The position numbers were made by a program, and so were the translations under genes. Positions 13,708-27,507 of a stretch of DNA of 64,000 nucleotides are shown here, in pieces. Under the pieces are notes generated by a model. It was not told where the DNA came from. It saw nothing but the letters and a program-made list of their open reading frames with translations, and made no database searches. How positions within the stretch are numbered: the stretch's first letter is position 1; each line of letters starts with the position of its first letter. Origin of the DNA: Amphiscolops sp. MND2022 (Eukaryota). The stretch is taken from NCBI GenBank assembly GCA_964187785.1, contig OZ076409.1, positions 88,538,001-88,602,000 on the forward strand, in the 5' to 3' direction.

Positions 13708-14565
13708 TTGTTTCTTCTCGGAAATAATTTCAGAACCTGCCTAATCAACCTCTTCAACTCTTGCCTCAGATCTGGAGCCTGGCCTTGGACAGACACTTGC
13801 GTTTTATTCGTTAAGAAACCCATGAAAGCTGACTACAGCAACCCATCTGCCTCCAGGCCAATTTCAATCAGCAGCCATATAGGAAAAGTCTTCGAAAGAA
13901 TACTCAACCGACGTGTAATGCGCTACATGCTCTCTGAAAAACTTATTGATATTGAACAAGAAGGATTTCTCCCAAAGAAGAACACCGTCAGATCACTCTT
14001 CAGACTGAAACTCGAATGCGACTTCCTCAAGAAGAGCAAATTATGTGCAGCTCTCATAAATCTAGACTTAGAGAAGGCTTTCGATAGCGTGTGGCGGAAG
14101 GGCCTGCTGCTGAAGCTATGGACAGCAGGAATACGAGGATCACTCTTTAATCTCCTTCGGAATTTTCTCAAATGCCGACTGATACGAACAATACTGGAAG
14201 GAGTGTTAAGCTCGCCCATTAAGCCAAAACAGGGAGTTCCGCAAGGAAGCGTACTCTCACCATTGCTTTTCATATTTTTCATCGCAGAAATGTTGAAAAA
14301 TACTGATGGGACTAAATTCAAATATGCGGACGATTCTCAGTTCCTTGTGTCTGCAGAAACACAAGCCTCCATCTGCGAAAAAATTCAGGAAAACTTGAAA
14401 TCGGTGAAAACATGGTGCAACACATGGCGAATTCAAATAAACGAATTGAAAACCGAGATAATGCACATTCACCCACTGGATATCTGGGACCACAAGTTTC
14501 ATCTGGGAACAGAGAAATGTGAAGTCAAATACATAACGAAAATTCCCAAAATTTTGCAATTATAG
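13708..14565 (+). pseudogene. LINE reverse transcriptase fragment, copy 1 (5' and 3' truncated)
   Basis: RPISISSHIGKVFE, QEGF, DLEKAFDSV, GVPQGSVLSPLLF, YADD. Confidence 0.9.
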
Positions 14566-15230
14566 TTTTTATGATTTTCTGTTAGTTTTGACAGACTTCA
14601 TGGATTGGAATGTTTTGAAGTGTCAACAAGGAAACGATTGGTTGTCAAGTAGTTTTTTATGAGGATATAATTGCAATGTTCTGAATGAAAATGTCTCAAA
14701 TTGCCACCGAAAATGACAAAAATCTCAAAATTTTCCAAGTTTCAAGGATTTTTCCGTTTTTTTCCAAATGTTGGAGAGACTTTGAGGATTGGAACGTTGA
14801 AAAGGGTAAAAAAGGAAAAAATGTGTTGTCGAGTGAGTTTTTTGAAGAGTTATTGCAGTTTTCTAAGTGAAAATATCTCAGATTGACACCGAAAATGACA
14901 AAAAACCCAAAATTTTCCAATTATAGTTTGTTTGATTTTATGTTGAAGTTTTGACAGACTTCGTGGATTGGAATGTTTTAGAGGGTCAACTAGGAAAAGG
15001 TTGGATGTCCAGTAATTTTTTTATGAGGAAATAATTGCAATGTTTTGAATGAAAATGTCTCGAATTGACACCGAAAATGACAAAAATCTCAGAATTTTTA
15101 TTTTTTCAAAGAATTTTCCGTCTTTTTTCCAAATGTTTGAGGGACTTTGAGGATTGGAACGTTGAAAAGGGTCGACAAGGAAATATTGTGTTGTCCAGTA
15201 GGCTTTTCTGAATAGTTCTTGCAGTTTTTG
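14542..15230. repeat. Array of about 175-bp subunits (non-autonomous DNA element interior)
   Basis: Motifs caccgaaaatgacaaaaa and ggattggaa recur about every 175 bp; also present at 18965-19320. Confidence 0.7.
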
Positions 15231-15715
15231 CACATGACGAAGTCAATGTGCATTGCAGTCCAGCTAAGTAAGTTTTTTTTCACTATAGTCAACTTCATAA
15301 TGAGCGCCTTTTAGAAAGAAGCCAAAACCCCATTATATATATAATATCTTTTTGTTACTGGGATATTGGTTACCCAGCCGTCTGATTCAAAGCTGTTTAT
15401 GCAACCCGGGAACCACAGAGGCCACCGAGGCCACCGAGTTTTTTGTCCACAAGGCTCTCATGTCCTTCCCAAACGGCTCTACTGCAGAGTTGGATGGTAT
15501 TTCGCGCAAATTTTGAAAAACTTGACTGCCAAGTCGAACCGGTAAACTGGACTGAATTTTCTCAGAGCCCTAACAAATCTTGTGAATGTGACTCTCGATG
15601 GAAAAGAACCTTTGGAACTTCGGCTGTACTTCTTTGGGTGCAAAACTAATTGCGCTAAAAAAGCTCGATGGAGGACTTCGTCATATCGCTGTAGGTAGTA
15701 CTTTCCGCCAGATGC

Positions 15716-16870
15716 GGACTTCCTCCAAGATGCGGACTTAACATATAAGTATGCAGATGACAGTACTTCTCTTTCAAGCAAAGAAAACTTAAGCACATCT
15801 TAAGAAAAGGCGGAAAACTATACATTCAAATGGAGGCAGGTGCTGAATAAAGACAAAACTCAACATATAAATCTGTCAAAAAAGTTCTTCAGTCCGACTA
15901 AAAATTTGTTGAGAGAAGTAAAATACTGGGCCTATGGTTTGAGCGAGATTTGAGTTTTTCAAAACACATGCTGCCATTATCTCTGCCTTGGTTAAGAGAA
16001 ATGGTTATTTTCTGGAAAGAAACTAGTATACTTATAACGCAAGGATTCAATTCATTTTACGCTGTACGTATCTTTGACTCATATGTGAAACCACGTGTCA
16101 CGTACTGTATGACTATTTGGTTTCATCAAAATATGACATCTCTGGACAAAATGTGTTGGAGTGTTCATAAATCTATCTATGGGATAAAAAACTACCGAGT
16201 ATCGAAACACGTAGTTAGTGTTTTGAGTAATATTTGGCCTCCTTCTCTACTCTACACTAATCAAGTTTTAATGTTTCTACATTCAACTGCTGGAAGTGCA
16301 GATATTCTAAACCCAGGTAATTTAGCAATCATACCCAATATATAAATATGGTGAGATTTTTTTTGGTACGCAAACTTTCAATTGTAAATCGTGATTCTGA
16401 TGAAATTCAGGCAATATACATACAATATGCTAAAAAATCCTCGGTCAGTACTTTTAAGAAGGAGGTGGATGAGTATTGCAGGCACTTATGGCAACGAGAG
16501 TTAAAGCAAAGTCTTATGTACACAAAGTACTCAGGGCTTAAAGTAAGAAACATGATTATGAAAATGCTTGCACCATATCCTTGGAAAGTTTCTGTCAAAA
16601 CGCTACGTGTACTAATGAATGGTTTTGAATTACGCGAAGTATTATTCAGAAGTAAAAAGTGCAAAACCGATATTTGTCCCCATTGTAGAGTTGTCGATGA
16701 TACTGCACATTTCTTATTTTCCTGTGTCTCATACCAAGAACACCGAAGAAGTTTCATTAAGAAGCTTTAAAATAAAAAATAGACGAAACCCTAGTTGGTT
16801 TGCTAAATTGCGAAAACAAGCATGTTATAAGCGCGTTGGCTGGCTTTATTGCAAGCTTCGAATAATTCTT
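15716..16870 (+). pseudogene. LINE 3' fragment, copy 2
   Basis: Duplicate of 12310-13460; KYADDST and ICPHCRVVDDTAHFLFSC. Confidence 0.75.
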
Positions 16871-17106
16871 ATAACCCTGCACTTTTCTTACTGTGTCAAT
16901 TCTATTTATACTATTTAGAAAGTCATTTGTACTGCCACATCCCGAAGGTTGTTTGCTCTCTTCTTCTTCTTAGCGATAGGGATGCGTTAGAAGAAATTTA
17001 TTTTACAACTTTTTCACAGCTTATTTTTTTAACCTCTATATCACTGCAGCCTTAAAAAATTTCTACCGGTCGACTGGGGTAGTGGCTGGTATGAGTAGTT
17101 TGTTGG

Positions 17107-18756
17107 TTGTTTCTTCTCGGAAATAATTTCAGAACCTGCCTAATCAACCTCTTCAACTCTTGCCTCAGATCTGGAGCCTGGCCTTGGACAGACAGTTGCG
17201 TTTTATTCATTAAGAAACCCATGAAAGCTGACTACAGCAACCCATCTGCCTACAGGCCAATTTCAATCAGCAGCCATATAGGAAAAGTCTTCGAAAGAAT
17301 ACTCAACCGACGTGTAATGCGCTACATGCTCTCTGAAAAACTTATTGATATTGAACAAGAAGGATTTCTCCCAAAGAAGAACACCGTCAGATCACTCTTC
17401 AGACTGAAACTCGAATGCGATCTCCTCAAGAAGAGCAAATTATGTGCAGCTCTCACAAATATAGACTTAGAGAAGGCTTTCGATAGCGTGTGGCAGAAGG
17501 GCCTGCTGTTGAATCTATGGACAGCAGGAATACGAGGATCACTCTTTAATCTCCTTCGGAACTTTCTCAAATGCCGATTGATACGAACAATACTGGAAGG
17601 AGTGATAAGCTCGCCCATTAAGCCAAAACAGGGAGTTCCGCAAGGAAGCGTACTCTCACCATTGCTTTTCAAATTTTTCATCGCAGAAATGTTGAAGAAT
17701 ACTGATGGGACTAAATTCAAATATGCGGACGATTCTCAGATCCTTGTGTCTGCAGAAACACAAGCCTCCCTCTGCGAAAAAACTCAGGAAAACTTGAATT
17801 CGGTGAAAACACGGTGCAACACATGGCGAATTCAAATAAACGAATTGAAAACCGAGATAATGCCCATTCACCCACTGGATATCTGGGACCACAAGTTTCA
17901 TCTGGGAGAAGAGAAATGTGAAGTCAAATACATAACGAAAATTCGCGTCTTGATCGTAGACAACGAATGTTCATTTAAACAACACACAGATTCAACAACA
18001 GCACGTTGCCTGAACAGGTGGAGAGAACTGAGATATCATTGCACAGGCAAATGGGGTCTATCGAGACACACCCTTACAGTTATGTACAAAACATTGATCC
18101 TACCGGCCTTACTATACTGCACACCTGTATGGGCGAGTCAAAACATCACTAAATTAACTAAATTTCAACATACGATTACGCGCAGCATAATGGAAACCAG
18201 ATACAATGCAAACTCGGCAGCAGCTGAAGTTCTTTTGGGTATTCCACCCATAGACATACTGTGCCAAAACATATCATCGAAATTTTTAACTCAAGTTCTA
18301 CAAAGTAATGATCATATGACAAAGCAAATATAAGAAAATGAATCAGACTTAGCGTTTCTTATGGGCCATAGAAATACGTTGAGACAATTTTACGGCAGAA
18401 AGACATTAAACCTACGCGACAAGCTAAGCTACGATGAAGAAACAAGTAGAAATCACATTCCTAGGCAATGGAATTCTAGATGGCAATATCCGGACTTCGA
18501 TACAAATCTCAAACATTCTGTCCCTCGAGTAGAAAACGACCCCGTTTTGACCAAGATATCCACAACCAAAGAGCTCATGAGGCATGTCATAGAAGTACTC
18601 CTGGACATCAACCCCTCACTGAAAAATTTTGCCTACAACAGAAGCCTAACAGCCAGTCCTCTATGCTCATTGCACATGACGAATTTAATGTGCATTGCAG
18701 TCCAGCTAAGTAATTTCTTTTTCACAGTAGTCAACTTCATAATGAGCGCCTTTTAG
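17107..18756 (+). pseudogene. LINE reverse transcriptase plus C-terminal region, copy 2 (5' truncated)
   Basis: 408-aa ORF with YRPISI, DLEKAFD, GVPQGS, YADD and LYCTPVW, continuing after a stop to SPLCS. Confidence 0.9.
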
Positions 18757-18770
18757 AAAAAAGCCAAAAC

Positions 18771-18839
18771 CCCAGAGAGATTCGAACCTGCAGCCTCCCG
18801 ATTGCACGGCATAAATGTTGACCAATGTGCCATAGGGAC
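18771..18839 (-). repeat. tRNA-derived SINE-like head
   Basis: TGGCACATTGG (A box) and GGTTCGAATC (B box) at tRNA spacing; anticodon stem does not pair well. Confidence 0.6.
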
Positions 18840-20199
18840 GTTATTGAACAAAGTTGAACTGTTGAATATATACGCATGCGATTAAAATAATATATATACG
18901 CATATTAGAATAATCGATGTCTTCGTCATGTGTTGGAAGCACCGCTTCGCCTCTGTGTCTAAGTGGAAGTATCTCAGATTGACACCGAAACTGACAAAAA
19001 CCCAAAGTTTTCCAATTATAGTTTTTAAGATTTTCTGTTAGTTTTGACAGACTTCGTGGATTGGAATGTTTTGAAGTGTCAACAAGGAAACGATTGGTTG
19101 TCAAGTAGTTTTTTATGAGGATATAATTGCAATGTTCTGAATGAAAATGTCTCAAATTGCCACCGAAAATGACAAAAATCTCAGAATTTTCATTTTTTCA
19201 AAGATTTTTCCGTCTTTTTTCCAAATGTTTGAGGGACTTTGAGGATTGGAACGTTGAAAAGGGTCAACAAGGAAATATTGTGTTGTCCAGTAGGCTTTTC
19301 TGAATAGTTCTTGCAGTTTTTGCACATGACGAAGTCAATGTGCATTGCAGTCCAGCTAAGTAAGTTTTTTTTCACTATAGTCAACTTCATAATGAGCGCC
19401 TTTTAGAAAGAAGCCAAAACCCCATTATATATATAATATCTTTTTGTTACTGGGATAGTGGCTGGTATGGGGTTCCCTACTTTCGTTGCAGACCACGGGT
19501 GTGTGTCTTCTCCCCCCATTATGATGATATACATGGTACTTGATTGAAGACGAAGATCCATGATATCTGATAGAGGAAAAAAAGGAAAAAGAGAAACTTT
19601 TCATACAATGTAAAGGTTTTTCAATTCTGCGTGATTCGCTGCCTCCGAAGTGAGACAGAAAATAACCCATGAACATTCAGGACAACAAATATTTCTGAAG
19701 GTCAATAGGAGGTTTTGAGGAGTGGAAGGTCACGTTCTATAACCAAGCATTTGTAGCAAATATAGATCTGTAATTAGATGTTTTTTCCCAATTATTGCTG
19801 TTTTTTTGCGATGCTAATTTATGAATTGGTTTTATTTTCCAGACCAATTGTTTTGCAATTAATAATTCCGCAGCCCTGTTCGTGTGCGAGAGTATGAAGA
19901 AGTTTTAGATCTTGGGCAAAATGTCATCTCGTTATACCATAGACATTAGATCATATTCTGTGCTGATTATCAATGTTTACTATTTCTGCGATTGCAGGAA
20001 TATTATTGAACCCTCAAAATTTCCCCTTTTTTGTTCAGTGCGATTCTTGTCGTGATAATGAAAAATTCAGATATTTTGTTCGGCACTGAGTATAAGCGTG
20101 GGATTTAAATGTCTCAAGCTGCCGACAACAGTTCGTTTCTCGTGCGGCGGAAAAGACGGTGTAAACTGGTAATGATTAATTGTGCGCTATATAAATGAT

Positions 20200-20591
20200 T
20201 AAGATATGCTTGGGAGGGAGGCAAGCAATTAGTCTGGGATGTTATTCGTGTCGATCTTCTTGCCCCCAGTAGAATAGAGAACGGGTCTGTTGCCAACCCA
20301 GGCACAGCAGCGGAGGATGCAGAGGAATTGAAAACGGCTAAGTACGTTTGTTTGACTGACAAAGGATACATCTTCCAACCTTTAGCCTTTGAAATTCAGG
20401 GAGGAGTCGGACCTTCTACGTCTACCTTCTTGAAAAACCTCTGTAAAAAGTTGTGCGTGTGCAATCAAGAAAATAGAGCCGGGTCCTTTTTCAGGCAGAG
20501 ACTCTCTCTCGCAATCCAGGTAGGCAATGCGGCCAGTGTAGTTGGAACGGTTCGGGACGAAGACCACTTAAGCGAACTTTACTACTTGTAA
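20200..20591 (+). pseudogene. 3' end (RLE domain) of a second CRE-like retrotransposon
   Basis: [11 protein letters not shown]...AAEDAEELKTAKY...FQPLAFEIQG...QRLSLAIQVGNAASV. Confidence 0.85.
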
Positions 20592-20990
20592 ATCCGCGTT
20601 TTAATGTCCGTTTTGTTTCATTAAGAAATATATGTCTTCTTTACTTCGTAATCGTTACCAGTTCACATGCCTCTTTGAGTTTCTGAATTGAGGTTCCTCC
20701 TGGGTCCTTTGAACTCTCTGGTTGCATGATCCTTTCCTTATTTTTTTTATGTTTCCTAGGTTGGTTGGATTTTTTTGTCTGCCGCCCGGGCTGGGGGCAC
20801 ATGATGAATACAGAAGCGTTTTTTAAGAAACGCTGATTGATGACGACGATCCAATTCTGATTGCCTAAAAAAAGATATGCTTCTATTATTGAACATGAAA
20901 GCCTAAAAGCAGAAATGATAGTGTGCCCAGCAGGGGCCTATTTTTTCAATTTATTGTTGCTACATTTCATTGAAATCATTTCAGGGAGCA

Positions 20991-23900
20991 ATGGAGCGTC
21001 TACCCGAACAGACATCAAAAGATATGCTCGGTGCAACAGACCGACTGAAGCTTGAAGCACCCCAAGCAAGATCTCAACGTATCAACTGGCAAAGCTATTT
21101 TCAGTAAGTATATGTGGTGATCGAATAGTTAGCTCAAGAGATAATTGGGTGTTGCTGCTAAATTCAAACATTAGCTGTGAAGTTACTTTGATTTTTTGAG
21201 CGGAAATTGTCCAAAGTAGGGAGAGCGTTAGATTACAAGCAAACTGCCGGTTCCAGCTTAAAGCTCTTGCAATTTAGGACTGACTGAATTCCGCTTTTTG
21301 CAAGAAGCATCCCATGTTTCTTTTCTGGTCCCATATGCATGACAGTGGTTATATTGTCGCCTTTTTTATAGGAAGGCATTGTCCCAATTTTATAGAAAGA
21401 CATTTGTCCCAAAAATTGTGGAAATATACGTTTTGATTAATTGTCGAAATTTTCCACAAATGCAGAAATATTGTTGAGCGAGCCTCCAATGAACCGGTTT
21501 TGACTTTCACCGACCTTGGATATCCTTTTAGAAGTCAGATCATTGGTAAAGAGGATTTCAACTTCATTCAAGAGTTTGATCTAGCGCCCAAACACAGAAG
21601 GTGTGAGCTTTTGGATTCCAAGGGACCTGAGGTATGTTTTTGAAAATTTTATTCCGTAGTTTGTGTTCCGAAGGTTTTCCATACTATCATTTTCAGTGTG
21701 TCAAATCAATCTTGAACTTGTTGCGGCTCATCCCAAAGGAACAAAACTTGAGATACATTCTGACTATCGTAGATGACCTTCTTGAGGTGAGATCTTCTTT
21801 TGTCATATCTAATCAAATCAGTTTTTCGGCCTAATGCTCTGATGAAAATTCATCCTTATGTTCAGGAGGATAGCAGCAGGGTAGAATTGTTCATCCAGCA
21901 CGCGAAGAAGAATAAAGCGACGCACCTTTCGCTCTTCCTGCCTCTCCTCCTTAGACCAGACCCCTTCATTGCTCATCAGGCAGCTAGGATCCTCTCCACT
22001 ATCTGTGTGAACGCCAACGAACCCATCGTGGATGAGGAACTGGACTACTTCTTCACCTGGTTCCTGAACCAACTCACAGAACCAGAGGTGAGTTTTCCCT
22101 GTTCTGTACATGCTGAGGTCATCTAACTGGTAATAGAGGTAACGAATTTGAAACTTGCTATGTAAGTATGTTTATGAAAGTCATAATATATTTTATGAAT
22201 AAACCACATTCTCTAATAATAGATAAATTTGTTTGGATCATCCGAAATTTCGATGAAGAAAAATGACTAAGAATGAAAACGTGTCTTCTTTTCCATTTAA
22301 ATTGGGATTTGAATTTAGGAAGTTCCGTAGTTATACTTAACTGACAATATTCATGTTTAATTATTTCTAAACTAGTTGTTTCGGCGTTTAGAATGAATAC
22401 TTGCAGAATGTAGCCCAGTGTCTCATGAAGATACTGCGCGAAGAAGTCTTCCGACAGAAGTTTGTGGAAACCAAAGATTCTCTTGGAGTGTAAGTTGTGC
22501 TCTCTTCATGGTATCAAAAGTCATGAAATACTCCTTAGCGGTGTAATATTCATTTTTAACAGTGCAAATACATGCCAAAATATTGGCAATCAAAACTCGT
22601 ATTCTTAAACAGAATGAATTGATGTTTTTGAAGAACGATTTATTTGATGCATCTTGTCGCTACACTACTTAATGGTCGTTTCGTAGCTATTGCTTGCAAG
22701 CATCTATTGTCTATGACTCGCCCCATAGAAGTTCTTTAACATTTGATAATTATTCTGCGAAGCTTCCTAATTCTTCGATTAAGATTTCTGTTTTCTCTTA
22801 AGTGGAATAGTAGAAAAATAACCATTTGTTTTCTTTTTCAGTATAATCCGTGTTCTCGGCAAAAAAATTGGTTTCCAATTGCAGTACCAGCTGATCAACT
22901 GTTTGTGGCTGCTCTCTTTCACCAAGAACATTGTGGAAACTTCCTTCATTCAGTTCAACCCGATTCCAGCTGTGTCCCACATTTTCAACGAAGCTATCAA
23001 GGACAAAGTCATTCGCATTGCTCTTGCTCTCTTCAGGGTAATAACTTAAGCGCCTCTCTCCAATTCCTAAGTGGCAACCCCTGTATGAAAAACTGAAATA
23101 AATTAGTCTTCCTTTCAAGAGCTATCGAGTTCTTGAAGTTTGTGAAAAGTATGCTCAAAGTACATGCTTGTCCAAGCTGCTACATTAATCAATGAAAACA
23201 TCAAAAAATTCAAAACGGTCGCTACTTCGTAGAATATTTATGAAATAACTAAATTTAGGCTTCTTTGTTGATCTTTCACTTTCAATTTTGAATTGTTTTT
23301 CAGAATTTAATAGACGTGCCAGAAGATAAAGACGTTGTTTCCCAGTTCCTGCTTTCCATGATCCAATGCAAAGTGTCAAAAACGATCGAGCTGCTTGGCA
23401 ACAAAGACTTCGATGATCCGGAACTGCAAGAGGATCTGGAGATAATAACTAAGAAACTGGACGAGAGTGTGCAAGAGATTAGCAGCTTTGACGAATACAG
23501 CCAAGAAGTGCGCTCTCACCGTCTGGAGTGGAGTCCTGTGCACAAGAGCGACAAGTTCTGGAGAGAAAATGCCAGTCGGTTGAACGAAAACAATTACGAA
23601 TTGTTGCGCATTTTGGCCAGTTTACTCAGTCTAGAAAACGATGCTCTGGTTTTGGCTGTGGCTGTTCACGATATCGGAGAATACGTACGATGTTATCCAA
23701 GAGGACGAAAGTAATGATGACTGTTGCATTCATTTGGAGCATGAAAATCAAAACATGAAATGAAAACATTTCCACGGAGTATTTCCAATTAATCATTGTT
23801 GTTTTTATCCAGGATTCTTGAGCATCTGGACTGCAAAACGAAAGTGATGATGTTGATGCAGCATCCGGATTCTAACGTCAAGTACAATGCTCTTGTCGCT

Positions 23901-24285
23901 ACGCAGAAGATTATGGTGGACAACTGGTAAGTGAGGTCCAGAATTCTGTCTTCTATCTTGTTTCAAAATAGCATCCATCAAATCAAGGTTGAGCCTCTAA
24001 ACACAAACTATGACATTAAAAAACAAGTTTTTTCAAAGGATGTAAGTTTCAAAAGGAGCTTCCCTGTTTTTCTTGCTTCCAATTTCGCTGTCGAAAAACT
24101 CACATGTAAAAAATATTTTTGGTGCACTTTTTTGACAGTACTGTCCGTGTGATTTTTAAATCTACATTTCAGTTCATTTTGAAGATGGCAATGGTTTTTA
24201 TCACTGTTGTAGGGAGTACATAGACAGAGCAGCCAACAAATCTTTGACGAGTGGCAATATGGGCACAGCTGTTGCTGCGAAATGA
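20991..24285 (+). CDS. ATP6V1H: V-type proton ATPase V1 subunit H (9 coding exons, about 470 aa)
   Basis: Exons 20991-21103, 21532-21631, 21697-21786, 21866-22087, 22392-22489, 22842-23037, 23304-23710, 23813-23926, 24213-24285. All introns GT-AG and phase-compatible (1413 nt). Family motifs INWQSY, GFQLQYQ, SSFDEY...RLEWSPVHKSDKFWREN, HDIGEYVR, VKYNAL...QKIMVDNWEY. Confidence 0.97.
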
Positions 24286-25528
24286 GACAACCAGGGCGCC
24301 TGCCCACACGCGAAACTAATTTCTATTTAGCCAAGACCCCATTCTAACTGCATGTATTTCACTTGTCATTCAAGCATCATAAAGGACGCTCCTGAAATGA
24401 GTTAGAGCCCATTGGACATCATCTCGTCTGAAGTATTTATTGAGCCATGCTGTTTGTCAATATTGCAACTATAGTGGTGCTAAAGTGAACCTAGATGTAT
24501 ATTTGGGTAGAAGCGAAGGTTTGTACACACCATCGAAACTCCAGTGGAAAACGTGCAGCCCGTTAAATCTTTTCTCTAGATCCATTTGAAGCGATACTCT
24601 CGAATTATTCTATTGAGATATCACGTATGTATGTATAGATCCATATTCCTTAGAATTTTACAGAATACAGATTACAATTATTTATTTTACTGTAATGGAT
24701 TGATATAATTAAATTAGTGAATTCAACCGCTTTTCCAGTTTTCATTCAACTAGTCATTTGCCGAAACGCATTGCATTCGAAGCTTCTGGTGGAACGAATC
24801 GTTGAAATTATTAAATCATGTCACTTTCATGCTAGTTTGGATCGAAGATCAAATGCGAACATTGACAGAAAGCAAACAAGCTTTAACTTTAATCTACCGT
24901 CGAGAGTACACGTTTGATCGGGTCCATTCGAATAACATGACGTATACTCATCATAAATTTGCGAGCGTATCCATTCTAAATTGAACTGATTTGGAGAATC
25001 TGTGTTGACGTGTCATGAAAAAATGGCAGCTCATTCTATTTTACGTTGCTGCATATACATTGGTCCCAGTTGACAACAAATACGTGCCTTCACTGCAACC
25101 TCGATTGGTACCACATGAACAATTGAAACGTTCTGAAACCTTGAGCTCCAAAAAGTTCATAAAATTGTTCCCAATGCTCAGTAAACTATCGAAATCTTTT
25201 GGCCAGCGTTTTCCAGTTGGAGTTTTGTTAAGTTTTAACGCTCAGTTAAGTTTTGACTGAGTTTGAATATTCTTGTGTGGTGATATCGTACGTTTGCTAA
25301 CATCCAGATACCAAAATCATCTGTCTCGTTTTTTTGAAAAATATCCTGAAAATCCTGCAAAAGAATTTTTGTATCGCTTTTTTTAAGGAATAATGAACAG
25401 ATGACAAACAATCCCGATAACCTAGGAATTGGTCACTGAATCTTATTGCACAAAAATAGGATGTTTGCAGAGGAACTTATTTGATTTGAACTATTGAGAA
25501 ATCATAGTTTTGTTTCAATGTCAATTTT

Positions 25529-26323
25529 TAGGAGTCGGAAAAAATTTTCGACTACTTATGCAATCGTGTTTTTTCTCCCGATCTTTTCATGAAAATTTCA
25601 AATTTCTCAAAAACTGTCCATACGATTTTCACGAAATTTTGCACAGTCATTCTACACCCAAAGGGGCCCCTGCGTGTGCAAAGGCATCAAAATCGTATGG
25701 CTGGGATGTGAGAAACATAGCCAAAATTAGCCCAAAAATGTCCAAAAAACAGCCATTTTTCGACTTTTTTCGATTTTCTCAAAAACTGTCCATACGATTC
25801 GAACGAAATTTTCTACAGTTATTCTACACCATATTAGAGTCCTATATGTGCAATGGCATCAAAATCGTATGGCTGGGATGTGAGAAACATAGCCAAAATT
25901 AGCCCAAAAATAGCCAAAAAAACAGCCGTTTTTTGACTTTTTTCGATTTTCTCAAAAACTGTCCATACGATTCGAACGAAATTTTCTACAGATATTCTAC
26001 ACCATATTAGAGTCCTATATGTGCAATGGCATCAAAATCGTATGGCTGGGATGTGAGAAACATAGCCAAAATTAGCCCAAAAATGGCCAAAAAACAGCCA
26101 TTTTTCGACTTTTTTCGATTTTCTCAAAAAATGTCCATACGATTCGAACGAAATTTTCTACAGATTTTCTACACCATATTAGAGTCCTATATGTGCAATG
26201 GCATCAAAATCGTATGGCTGGGGTGTGAGAAACATAGCCAAAATTAGCCCAAAAAAGGGCCATTTTTCGACTTCAGAAAAAAAGGCCTAAGCCGACTCCT
26301 TTACCGCACATGCGGCTCTGGTT
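25529..26323 (+). mobile_element. Non-autonomous Helentron/HINE (DINE-1-like) element, family A, with internal about 180-bp tandem repeats
   Basis: T-run then AGGAGTCGG near the 5' end; its inverted copy CCGACTCCT followed by hairpin CCGCA-CA-TGCGG and TT at the 3' end; about 4 internal repeat units. Confidence 0.7.
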
Positions 26324-26660
26324 TCAAATTAAAAATAAAGTTTCATTTCTTTCCAATCTTGGAAAACGTTTTTGCAATGGTACGAACACTTCTTGAAATA
26401 CATTCGACATTTTTGCAATTGAGTTTTTTAAAATTGTTTCTCGCCATATAGTTCACCACATATTGAGAGTCCTTAAACCCGATTTGTATTGACAAGAGTG
26501 AATTACGGGACGAACATAGTTTTCAAACATAATCGCTGTTTGAATTGTTTTACGACAAACGTATATTACTACAAAAAACGGTTCATCCAAAGCCGTTCAG
26601 TTCAGTGTCATTTTGCGTTGCCTTTTCGTTTTGAAGCAATTGAGTTCTGTAAGTCGTTCT

Positions 26661-27052
26661 TAAGACTCGGAAAAGGTTTCGACTACTTATGCAATCGTAC
26701 CTTTTTTCCCGACTTTTGAATGAAAATCGCAAACTTCTCAAAAACTGTCCATACGATTTTCATGAAATTCTGCCCAGTCATTCTACACCTAAAGGTGCCC
26801 TTTGTGCGCAAAAGCGTCAAAATGGCATGACTGGGAGGTGACTAGCCAAAATTTGCCTAAAAATGGCAAAACGGGTATTTTTGGATTTTTTCGATTTTCT
26901 CAAACACAGTCCATACGATTCGAACGAAAGTTTCCGGTACCATATGTGCTTAATATGTGCAATTTCATCAAAATCGCACGACTGGGAATCGAACAAGTCA
27001 AGAAAGAAAAAGTCCTGATCCGACTCCATAGCCGCACATGCGGCTCTGGTTT
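26661..27052 (+). mobile_element. Helentron/HINE family A, second shorter copy
   Basis: Same 5' (tcgactacttatgcaatcg) and 3' (ccgactcc..gccgcacatgcggctctggttt) ends. Confidence 0.7.
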
Positions 27053-27507
27053 CCATATTCCTCTTGAAACATTATACGAAAAATATCGCAGTCTCACTGC
27101 GCCTCGTGCTTCCATACTTTAGAATCATTGAAGCACAGTTAATTTTGAATTTTCATTACTAATTTCTAATGCGATTATTTATTGCCATTTGCCTGAGATC
27201 AAAATAACTTCTAGAAACTTAGTTTATGTGTAATTCGAATCAACTTTTTGTCATGAAAAAAAGTACACAAAACCGCCACTAAATTTTTAATTTTTATGAT
27301 TCATTAAACCCAATTGTTTTTAGGATTTTGAATCAAGAAAAGGAAATTCATAAAAAGCTATAGCATGTTTGATATTCAACATATTGATGACATCATTCGT
27401 GAAAAGCTATGAAAATGTTAAGGTGTACAAAACAAGGAGTAGCAATTGCAAGTAGACGGCCAACTAAAAACAATTTTGAAGGGTACGTTAACGAACTGCA
27501 GAGAAAC

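Larger units (their letters stand above)
11947..15371 (+). repeat. Tandem segmental duplication, unit 1 (composite of retroelement fragments)
   Basis: Starts acccagccgtctga and ends ...tttttgttactgggata; the same order of sub-blocks recurs from 15372. Confidence 0.9.
15372..19462 (+). repeat. Tandem segmental duplication, unit 2
   Basis: Highly similar to 11947-15371, but keeps about 1 kb more LINE 3' sequence plus a tRNA-like segment and has fewer 175-bp repeat units. Confidence 0.9.

Noticed and set aside
25560..26270. CRISPR-like array
   Set aside because: Contiguous tandem units of about 180 bp without unique spacers, eukaryotic context, no cas genes. ORFs 25510 and 26026 are repeat artefacts.
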